This document shows, in pieces, positions 20,641 through 28,789 of a stretch of 64,000 bases of DNA (positions within the stretch are counted from its first letter, which is position 1; every line of letters begins with the position of its first letter). Source of the stretch: Myxococcales bacterium (GTDB taxonomy: Bacteria > Myxococcota_A > UBA9042 > JABWCM01 > BTVJ01). The stretch is from NCBI GenBank assembly GCA_045863395.1, contig BTVJ01000023.1:32214-96213 (forward strand), written 5' to 3'. A model generated the notes under the pieces. That model was not told where the DNA came from. It was given only the letters and a program-made list of their open reading frames with translations, and searched no databases. A program made the translations under genes and the position numbers.

Positions 20641-21031
20641 CGCGTAGGCCGTCGACACCTGCGTCCTCATCGACGTCTTCGAGGATGAAGATCGATTCGG
20701 GGCCTCCTCTGCCCGGTGCCTGAATGAACTTCTGGAGGAGGGGCTGGTGGTGTGCCCCGTCACCTACGTGGAGCTTGCGCCCGCGTTCGATGGTGACGCG
20801 GGACTGCCGGGAGCCTTCCTGTCGGCCGTGGGAGCGTCCTGGCACGAGCCCTTGACGTGGCAAGGCACCGCTGTCGCCCAGGGCGCCTGGACGCGGTACA
20901 TCAGGCGTCGGCGCCGCGAGGGGCTCAGGCGTCGCCCCATCGCCGACGTCCTGATCGGAGCCTTTGCTTGCCGCGACGCCGGGCTCGTGACCCGGACCTC
21001 CTCGACGGTTCCACTCCGCAGGTGCCGGTGA
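20639..21031 (+). pseudogene. PIN-domain (VapC-like) toxin, disrupted
   Basis: A*AVDTCVLIDV...CPVTYVELA...RPIADVLIGAFA..GLVTR; in-frame TAG at 20645-20647, no intact start, aberrant C-terminus. Confidence 0.8.
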
Positions 21032-21085
21032 CTGAGACGCCCGGAAGCGGCCATGCAGGCCGTCCAGCTATCTCTGTTGACTCTG

Positions 21086-22594
21086 TCAAGGCCAGTTGCA
21101 GCGCTTGCCGCTGAAGACGGTGCCTGTGCAGACGAGCGGGGACGTGCAATCAGCGTCTGCGGAGCACTTGCGGTAGAGGCAGACGCCGAGTTCGTCCTCT
21201 CCGAACGGAATGATCGGTTTGATGTGGTCGGGGTGATCCCAGCACGTAGGAGTCACGCGCGTGTTCAGGAAGCTCCCGCAGATGCCCTGCGTGGGATCGG
21301 CGGTGACGCGGAAGCACGCCCCGCGGCAGGGGATCTCGGGAGCGGCGTTTCCGGTCGGCGCCATGACGCAGGGGTCGCCGTCGGGCAGGGCCGCCATGTC
21401 GACGGCTGGCCCGCAGATACCGTAGCGTGTCTGGCAGGCCGTGCCGGGCGGACAGTCGGAGTCGGCGGAACAGAACGGATAGCAGCCCGCGGCGTCGGGG
21501 CCCTCGCGCAGGACCCAGAAGCCGGTGCAGATCTGGGCCGGGGCGCAGGTTCCCTCGCCGGGGACGCACGCGGCCGTGCAGAGCCCGCCGTCGCCGGTCT
21601 GGCTGAGGCACGTGGTGCCGTCGCCGCCGCACTCCTCCTGCTCCATCTCGGGAGTCGCGTCTTTGCAGCCGGCCGTGCAGAGCCCGAGGGTGTTTCGCGC
21701 GTCGCAGATGGCGCAGTCGCCCTCGCAGTCGGAGTCGTTCCAGCAGGGGGCGCCGATGCCGCCGCCCGGGAGCTTCGGCGCTTCGAAGGCGGGCGCCGTG
21801 TCGCAGGCAGCGTCCCGCCCGGTCGCGAAGCTGCTCGCGCGCAGGTGGATCGTGACGACGCGCGACCAGACCTTCTCGGCGCCGGGGCGGCCTCGGCAGT
21901 CCTCGAACCAGCCCTGCTCATTCCACGCGCACAGCGGCTCGGCGCCGCCGCAGGACCCCGCGGCCGCGATGCCACAGAGGTTGCCGGGCTTCGTGCACAC
22001 GCGGACCGTCGAGTAGAACGGGTCGTTGCCGGCGCCGCGGCAAGAGAGCTGCCGCTGGGGCTCGAGGAAGATGTTGCCGTAGAAGGCGCCCTCCTGGGTC
22101 GGGAAGTCGGCGGCGTCCGCGGCGGAGAGTCCCCCGAGCGCCGGATGCGGGCCGCTCATGTAGATCGCGACCGGGATGCCGTAGACATTCGTACGCGCAA
22201 GCATACAGGCCGAGACCCACTCCTGGCAGGCGTCGTCGCACGGGCCCTGCGCCCACTCGGGGGCGAGCCCGACGCCGCCCGTGAGCTCGAGCGGTCCATC
22301 GGCCGTGGAGATCGAGAGGGCCGCCTCGGGTGGCAGGGCGCACTGGACGAGGTAGGTGGCGACCTTGGCCAGCGCCGGATCGTCAGCGATGGCCTCGGTG
22401 ATCGGCAGGCCGGCCACACCCTCGGTCGTGAGCGGATGGTGGATCAGCTCGCGGAACGGACCAGCCTGGGCGACATCGAGGCAGTTCGTGAAGATGGGTG
22501 GGTGCCGGGGCGGCGCCTCGACCGGAGCCGCGTCGCGGACCGTGCTTGGGAGCGCGCTCCCGACGGCGACGAACAGCACTGTGATCGTCCTCAC
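21086..22594 (-). CDS. Secreted Cys-rich protein of myxobacterial type
   Basis: YLVQCALP..GGVGLAPEW...CQEWVSACMLARTN...EGAFYGNIF followed by CxxDxDC repeats; GTG 22594 with GGAGG RBS. Confidence 0.75.
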   Translation of the reverse strand: MRTITVLFVAVGSALPSTVRDAAPVEAPPRHPPIFTNCLDVAQAGPFRELIHHPLTTEGVAGLPITEAIADDPALAKVATYLVQCALPPEAALSISTADGPLELTGGVGLAPEWAQGPCDDACQEWVSACMLARTNVYGIPVAIYMSGPHPALGGLSAADAADFPTQEGAFYGNIFLEPQRQLSCRGAGNDPFYSTVRVCTKPGNLCGIAAAGSCGGAEPLCAWNEQGWFEDCRGRPGAEKVWSRVVTIHLRASSFATGRDAACDTAPAFEAPKLPGGGIGAPCWNDSDCEGDCAICDARNTLGLCTAGCKDATPEMEQEECGGDGTTCLSQTGDGGLCTAACVPGEGTCAPAQICTGFWVLREGPDAAGCYPFCSADSDCPPGTACQTRYGICGPAVDMAALPDGDPCVMAPTGNAAPEIPCRGACFRVTADPTQGICGSFLNTRVTPTCWDHPDHIKPIIPFGEDELGVCLYRKCSADADCTSPLVCTGTVFSGKRCNWP

Positions 22595-22655
22595 GGCCTC
22601 CCTCCGCTGCTGCGGGGCGTTGACGCGGCGCCCGGGCGGCCGTATGTGTAATCCC

Positions 22656-23069
22656 ATGCGCTTCGCCCTGGCCGGGATTATCGTACTCACGCTCGCAGCC
22701 TGCAACACGCCTGCCGCCACCCCGAAGGCCGCCACCCCTCAGGACACCGCCACGCAGGATACGCATCTCGACGTACAGGCAACCGATGCCACGGGGCAGG
22801 CCGACGGAGCCAAAGCAGACGCGCGCGTGACCGACGCCGGCATGGCCGATGCGGCCACCCCTTTCGCGTGTGCTTGCGAGGACGCGGAGGACTGCCTCGG
22901 CTGCTATCAGCGCATCGCCACGTGCTGCTACGACGACCCCACCTGGATGGGCCAGGTCGAGCGCCTGGCCGGCAATTGCGAACGCGACGGCTCCTGCCGC
23001 ACGTGCTGCAACGAGTGTCTCGCCCGCTCCTGCGACGAGCTGAAGGCGAGCCATCACTGTCCGCTGTAG
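22656..23069 (+). CDS. Small lipoprotein with Cys-rich C-terminal domain
   Basis: MRFALAGIIVLTLAAC lipobox; Thr/Ala/Asp linker; Cys-dense C-terminus. Confidence 0.75.
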   Translation: MRFALAGIIVLTLAACNTPAATPKAATPQDTATQDTHLDVQATDATGQADGAKADARVTDAGMADAATPFACACEDAEDCLGCYQRIATCCYDDPTWMGQVERLAGNCERDGSCRTCCNECLARSCDELKASHHCPL

Positions 23070-23521
23070 GACCGCGTGCGCTGAGGGGGCCATCTCCGTA
23101 AGGGCACGCGGGGGGCTACACGCGCGGGTGGTCGGGCGGTGGAGGGGTGGAGGGCGGGGCCGTGGCGAACTCAGTCGCATGGTGAGGTTGTGTGGTTCGG
23201 CCCTCTGGTGACCTGTGGTGCTCACCGGAGGGGTACGTACCATGGCCGGACCCGCCTCGGGCAGTCGGTGGAGCGCTCCACATCGCGATCCGATCGGGGA
23301 CGGACGGCAGGTGGAGGGGTGCACCTGCCGCCCGAACCGGTTTCGTCCGCCAGGTGGAGCGCCTGGGATTGACGGGGGACTCGGAGCCGCTGAACTCGTA
23401 CGCGTAGATCTCCACGCGACCGAACTCTTCGCCGAGCCACTCATCCTCGGGAGGACGGGCCGCCCGCCGGGATGCAGCGGGGCCTGAGCAGCACAGGTCG
23501 TCGCGCACTGGCGCCTGGGCG

Positions 23522-24274
23522 CTACCCAGCCTTGTGGAGCCCGAACGGCGCGCCCGTCGGGTCCTGGGCGATGGCGATGCGGCCGATGCCGGGGATGTCC
23601 ATGGGCTCCAGCATCAGCGAGCCGCCCAGGGCGACGGCGCGCTGGGCCACCGCGTCCACGTCCGCCACCTTCACGTAGGAGAGCCAGAAGGTCGGGCCGC
23701 CCTCGGTGGCGTTCCCGATGCCGGCCACGTCCTTGTCGCCGCGGCAGAGCACCGTGTAGGGCATCATGTCCACGTCCATCGCGCGCTCCGTCCAGCCGAA
23801 GATCCCGCACAGGAAGGCGGCCGCCGCGGCCCGGTCGCTGCTGCTCAGCTCCGGCCACACGAAGGCGCCGACCGGCGTCGGGGACTCGTCTTCCGGCATC
23901 TGCTGGAGGCCCCGGAAGGGGGCGATGAAGCCGCCTGTGGGGTCCGCGATGATGGCGAAGCGCCCGACGGTCGGGATGTCGGTCGGGGGGACGTGGACCG
24001 CGCCGCCCAAGAACTTGGCTGCGGCTGCGGCCGCGTCCACGTCCTCCACCGTGGTGTAGTGGATCCAGTGGGAGGGCACGTCCGGCGCCTTCGCGGCCTC
24101 GATGCCCCCGAAGTCCTTGCCGCTGTTCGCGAACATGGTGTACTCGGCCTCGGGGCCCATGCTCATGGTGCGGGTGGTCCAGCCGAGGAGCTCCGTGTAG
24201 AAGGCCTTGGCGCGCTCCGGGTCCGTGGTGATCAGGTCGTACCAGACGATGCGTCCGGGCAGTGGGGTGGTCAT
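23522..24274 (-). CDS. VOC family (glyoxalase/bleomycin-resistance-like) double-domain protein
   Basis: IVWYDLITTDPERAKAFYTELLGW, PTDIPTVGRFAIIADPTG, duplicated second domain. Confidence 0.93.
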   Translation of the reverse strand: MTTPLPGRIVWYDLITTDPERAKAFYTELLGWTTRTMSMGPEAEYTMFANSGKDFGGIEAAKAPDVPSHWIHYTTVEDVDAAAAAAKFLGGAVHVPPTDIPTVGRFAIIADPTGGFIAPFRGLQQMPEDESPTPVGAFVWPELSSSDRAAAAAFLCGIFGWTERAMDVDMMPYTVLCRGDKDVAGIGNATEGGPTFWLSYVKVADVDAVAQRAVALGGSLMLEPMDIPGIGRIAIAQDPTGAPFGLHKAG

Positions 24275-24415
24275 GGCGCTGCTCCTTGTCGCAATGGGTT
24301 GCGGTGGGAGGAGAGCACCACGGCGGGCGCTCGTCAACCGGCACCCATGGGCGGGCGCCGTCTTTGGTCGCGTCGCCTGGCGCGCGCCCTCTGTCGGTCG
24401 TATGCTCCCCGCCCG

Positions 24416-26218
24416 GTGGCACCGCTCTCCTCCCAGCTCGCGCAGCTCCGGTCCCTCGTGGCCCTGCTGCGCCCGTATCGCGCCCGCTGGTGGCTCGCCA
24501 CGTCTGCGCTGCTGCTGGGCGGCGTCGTCAACCTGGCGCTCCCGCAGGCGTTTCGGGTGGGCATCGACGGCGCCCTCGCCCAGGGCGACCCCAACCGCTA
24601 CAACGTCGTCGCCGGGGTGACGGCCCTCGGCGCCGTCGTGCTTTCCGGCGCCATCTGGATGCGCCACGTGCTGATGAGCTGGCTCGGGAACCGGGTCGTC
24701 GCCGACCTGCGCGACCGTACGTTCCGGCACCTGCTCAGGCACCCCCCGGCCTTCTTCCACGAGCGGCGCTCCGGCGAGCTGGTCAGCCGCCTGACCAGTG
24801 ACATCGAGATGGTGCAGCATGCCGTGGGGGCGGAGCTGTCCGTGACGCTCCGATCCTCGATCATCGTGGTGGGCGGCCTCGCGGCTCTGCTCTGGACGAG
24901 CCCGCTCCTGACGGGGGTCATGATCGTGCTGCTGCCCCCGCTGGCGGTGGGGGCCGTCGCCGTCGGCAAGCGCATCAAGGCGCGCTCCCGGGAGGCCCAG
25001 GACCTGCTCGCGACGGCCAACGCCGGGCTGAAGGAGGCGATCACGGGCATCGAGACCGTTCAGACCTTCCGCGCCGAGGAGCGGGAGGCCCGCCGCTATG
25101 CCAGCTTCGTGGATCGGGCCTTCGACGCCATCCAGAGCATCGCCTGGGCCCGAGGGGCGCTGATCGCCGGGGCCCAGCTCGGGGCGTACCTGGCGATCAT
25201 CGTCATCCTGTGGATCGGCGGCCTCAAGGTGCTGGACGGGACGCTTGGCGCCGGGGAGCTGGCGTCGTTCCTGCTCTACACGCTCATGGTGACGGCGGCG
25301 CTCGTGTCGCTCGCCGAGGTGTGGGGCAACCTGCAGCGCGCGGCCGGCGCTACGGGGCGCATCTTCGAGCTCCTGGACGAGGACCCGACCATCGTGGACG
25401 CCCCCGACGCTCGCCCGCTGCCGCGGGTGGAGGGGCGCGTGCGCTTCGACGGGGTGTCCTTCACCTACCCGAGCCGCCCCAGCGTGACCGTGCTGCGGGA
25501 CGTGAGCTTCGAGGCGCACCCGGGGCAGGTGGTGGCCCTGGTCGGGCGGTCCGGGGCCGGGAAGAGCACCATCGCCGCCCTGGTACACCGGTTCTATGAC
25601 CCAGCAGCCGGTACAGTGAGCGTCGACGGCTGCGACCTGCGGACCGTGCGCCTCGCGGACCTGCGCCGGGCCATCGGGACCGTGCAGCAGGAGCCGGTGC
25701 TCTTCAGCGGCACCATCGCCGAGAACATCGCCTACGGTCGAGCCGGAGCGACCGACGCCGACGTCCGCGCCGCGGCGGCAGACGCCTGGATCAGCGACTT
25801 CGTCGACGCCCTGCCCGACGGCTATGCCTCGATGGTCGGTGAGCGCGGCGTCAAGCTGTCCGGCGGGCAGCGGCAGCGCATCGCCATCGCGCGGGCGCTG
25901 CTCGCGGACCCGCGGATCTTGATCCTCGACGAGGCGACGAGCCACCTGGACAGCGAGAACGAGGCGCTGGTCCACGCCGCGCTCCAGCGCCTGATGCTGG
26001 GGAGGACCACGCTGGTCATCGCGCACCGGTTGAACACCATCCGCAAAGCGGACATCATCCTCGTGCTCGATGAGGGGCGCATCGTGGAGCGGGGGACCTG
26101 GGACGAGCTGCTCTCCGGCGACACCGTGTTTCGCCGGTTGGTAGGCGCCCAGGCCGAGGCGGGCGCCGTATTGCTGGATCTGGGGGCCGAGAGGGAGCCC
26201 GCGAGGGCGGATGGATGA
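24416..26218 (+). CDS. ABC transporter permease/ATP-binding fusion (MsbA-like exporter)
   Basis: TM domain, Walker A GRSGAGKST, signature LSGGQRQR, Walker B ILILDEATS, IAHRL; GTG start inferred. Confidence 0.95.
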   Translation: MAPLSSQLAQLRSLVALLRPYRARWWLATSALLLGGVVNLALPQAFRVGIDGALAQGDPNRYNVVAGVTALGAVVLSGAIWMRHVLMSWLGNRVVADLRDRTFRHLLRHPPAFFHERRSGELVSRLTSDIEMVQHAVGAELSVTLRSSIIVVGGLAALLWTSPLLTGVMIVLLPPLAVGAVAVGKRIKARSREAQDLLATANAGLKEAITGIETVQTFRAEEREARRYASFVDRAFDAIQSIAWARGALIAGAQLGAYLAIIVILWIGGLKVLDGTLGAGELASFLLYTLMVTAALVSLAEVWGNLQRAAGATGRIFELLDEDPTIVDAPDARPLPRVEGRVRFDGVSFTYPSRPSVTVLRDVSFEAHPGQVVALVGRSGAGKSTIAALVHRFYDPAAGTVSVDGCDLRTVRLADLRRAIGTVQQEPVLFSGTIAENIAYGRAGATDADVRAAAADAWISDFVDALPDGYASMVGERGVKLSGGQRQRIAIARALLADPRILILDEATSHLDSENEALVHAALQRLMLGRTTLVIAHRLNTIRKADIILVLDEGRIVERGTWDELLSGDTVFRRLVGAQAEAGAVLLDLGAEREPARADG

Positions 26219-27288
26219 TGAGACGCGCGAGATCAGTGAGGCCAGCGAGACAGTGGAGGGGGTGGGTCGGGGGCGTCATCGCCGTCCTCGCGCTCCTCGT
26301 GGGTGTGGTCGCCGACGCGAGCCCCTTCGTGCCGATCCACCGGCAAGGAGGCGCGACCCTGCAGGACCTGGTGACCCGCGAGCTGGCGTCCGCGAAGGCG
26401 GCGAAGCAGAGCGTCGTGATCATGTTCACCGCCGACTGGTGCACCCCCTGCAAGGCGATCAAGGACTGGGTCCACGACAGCAAGGCCGTGCAGAAGGCGA
26501 TGGCCAAGGGGCGGATCCTGCTCGTGGACGTGGACGAGTGGCGGGGCCCCGCCCAGTCGCTGCTGCCCGGCATCGACGCCCAGAAGCTGCCCCAGCTCGC
26601 GCGCCTGGACGACGCGGGCAAGGTGGTCGTGTCCTGCTACGGGACCGACCTCGGGATCATGGACGAGGGCACCATCGCGAAGAACCTGGCGCGCCTGATC
26701 GCTGGCAAGCCCCCTGAGGCGGCGGTCTACGACAAGGACCCGGCCAAGGTCCGCGATCTGGCCATCGCCGACGTGGAGCGCAACAAGGCCAAGGTCGCGG
26801 GCCTCTCTGCGGTGGACGTGCAGGTGCTCGACGTGCAGCAGGCGGGGACCACGGCGCGGTACACGCTCAAGGTCACGCTCCGCAACAACGACTCCCGGCG
26901 CCGGTGGTTTGCCGTGTCGGGGCGCATCGGGGCGCCGCTCACAGAGGCCCCGACGGTCACGGGCTGGGTCGTGCACAAGTTCGAGGAGCACGTGCGGGCC
27001 ACGTACCTCCAGCTCCTGGGCCCCTCACCGATGGCGCTCATCCCCGTGGGCGGCTGGGGCTCGGCGGTCCTCGGCGGCTTCATCGTGGAGGGGGCGGCGC
27101 CAGGCAACCTGGAGGTCTGGGAGCTCGGCCAGCTCACGCTCGACGGCCAGCCGGCACAGTTCGACAAGAAGCTCCCCTACGCGCTGGAGATCGCGGCGGC
27201 CTTCCGCACGCGGCCCGTGTTCACCCGCACCACGCCGGCGCCCGTCTCCTTGCGGGCCGAGAAGAAGCACCAGATCCCGCTGGAGTGA
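26215..27288 (+). CDS. Secreted thioredoxin-domain protein with C-terminal extension
   Basis: Signal peptide; FTADWCTPCK; overlaps the ABC gene stop. Confidence 0.8.
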   Translation: MMRRARSVRPARQWRGWVGGVIAVLALLVGVVADASPFVPIHRQGGATLQDLVTRELASAKAAKQSVVIMFTADWCTPCKAIKDWVHDSKAVQKAMAKGRILLVDVDEWRGPAQSLLPGIDAQKLPQLARLDDAGKVVVSCYGTDLGIMDEGTIAKNLARLIAGKPPEAAVYDKDPAKVRDLAIADVERNKAKVAGLSAVDVQVLDVQQAGTTARYTLKVTLRNNDSRRRWFAVSGRIGAPLTEAPTVTGWVVHKFEEHVRATYLQLLGPSPMALIPVGGWGSAVLGGFIVEGAAPGNLEVWELGQLTLDGQPAQFDKKLPYALEIAAAFRTRPVFTRTTPAPVSLRAEKKHQIPLE

Positions 27289-27625
27289 GCGCTCCGGTGC
27301 GCCCTACGCCCTCGCGGCGCAGGGACCGGCGGAGGGCGGCGGCCGCCCGCGTGAGCGACGGAGCTGCCGTCAGGGCCCCGCGCCCATGCGGATCTCCGTC
27401 ACTCAGCGCCACCGCGTGGAGCGGTGAACGGAGGTGCGCTTGGGTCCAGATCCCGCAGTCTCCGAGGGGCAGGCACGAATCGGTTACAAACCGGGGTTGG
27501 TTATGCGTCAATGGTTACTTGTTAGCGTGCAAACTTCTGAATGTGCGATGGTTTTTCATTTGTGACCGCCCGCGCGCGCTGGTAGCGTCCGTCGCATGGC
27601 ACAGCCCAGGCGCCGCGGAGAACCC

Positions 27626-28663
27626 ATGCCCCCCACACCTCGTCGGCTCAGCGGCGTCATCTCCGTGGTCGCGGCGGGCGCCCTGTTCCTCGGGGGCGGC
27701 ACCCTGGGGCTGCTCTTGGGAGCACACCTGGGGAGGACCGTCGAGGTGGGCTCCATCTCCCCCCCCGCTCCAGGTGGAGCGTCAACGGACACCACCGAGC
27801 TCATCCGAACGACCGGGTATCGCTTCATCAGCCCCCTCATCGAGTGCGAGCGGAGCCGCATCGGGCAGCTCACCTTCGTCGAGTCGAAGCTCAATGACGT
27901 GATACGCCGCGTCAAGGAGCAGAAGACCGCGGAGCACGTCTCCATCTACGTGCGCGAGCTCAACAACGGACCTTGGCTCGGCATCGGCGAGCGGGCCGTG
28001 TTCTCGCCGGCGAGCCTGCTCAAGGTGCCCTTGATGATGACGGTGTTGCGCCTCGCCGAGCGGGACCCGCAGGTGCTTTCCGTGCGCCTGACGTGCCCCG
28101 ATGAGGAGGAGCAGTGGCGCCCCAACATCCGCGGGTCTCGCGAGATCGTCCCTGGAGAGACGTACTCGGTGGACGAGCTGGTCGATCAGATGATCGTCCA
28201 CTCGGACAACCGCGCCGCCAACCTCCTGTTGCGTTCGCTCAATGAGTCGGACCTCGTCCAGACCTACCAGGAGCTCGGGCTGCCGCTCCCCCCGCTGGAT
28301 GGGAAGCGCCACGAGATGACCGTGCGGCAGTATGCGGGGACCTTCCGCATCCTCTACAACGCTATGTTCCTGTCTCGGGCGGCGTCCGAGGACGCCCTGG
28401 AGCGCCTCAGCAGGACCGAGTTCAGGGACGGCATCGTCGCCGGCATCCCCGACGGGACACCCGTGGCGCACAAGTTCGGCGAGCGCGGCCTGGAGACCGG
28501 GCTGGTCCAGCTCCATGACTGCGGCATCGTCTACGCACCCCAGCTCCCGTATCTGATCTGCGTGATGACGCAGGGGAGGTCCTTCGAGGAGTTGAGGGGG
28601 GTCGTCGAGCTCATCTCCCGGACGACCTACGTGTCCCTCACGGAGCACGCGGCGAAGCACTGA
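27626..28663 (+). CDS. Class A beta-lactamase-related serine hydrolase (membrane-anchored)
   Basis: SxxK (ASLLK), SDN, HKFG, HDCGIVY; N-terminal TM. Confidence 0.88.
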   Translation: MPPTPRRLSGVISVVAAGALFLGGGTLGLLLGAHLGRTVEVGSISPPAPGGASTDTTELIRTTGYRFISPLIECERSRIGQLTFVESKLNDVIRRVKEQKTAEHVSIYVRELNNGPWLGIGERAVFSPASLLKVPLMMTVLRLAERDPQVLSVRLTCPDEEEQWRPNIRGSREIVPGETYSVDELVDQMIVHSDNRAANLLLRSLNESDLVQTYQELGLPLPPLDGKRHEMTVRQYAGTFRILYNAMFLSRAASEDALERLSRTEFRDGIVAGIPDGTPVAHKFGERGLETGLVQLHDCGIVYAPQLPYLICVMTQGRSFEELRGVVELISRTTYVSLTEHAAKH

Positions 28664-28789
28664 CACGCTGACGCCGCGGCGATGTACCCGGAGCGCCCAA
28701 AGACCGTTGCGACCCTGTGCCTCGCCCCAGTGCGCGACCGCGTCTGCATCGGGTATGATGCGCCGGTCCAGCCAGACGGGAGGTGCGCA

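Noticed and set aside
23116..23508. Minus-strand 130-aa ORF with a protein-like patch (EDEWLGEEFGRVEIYAYEF)
   Set aside because: No RBS or recognisable family and the remainder looks non-coding; at most an unassignable remnant.
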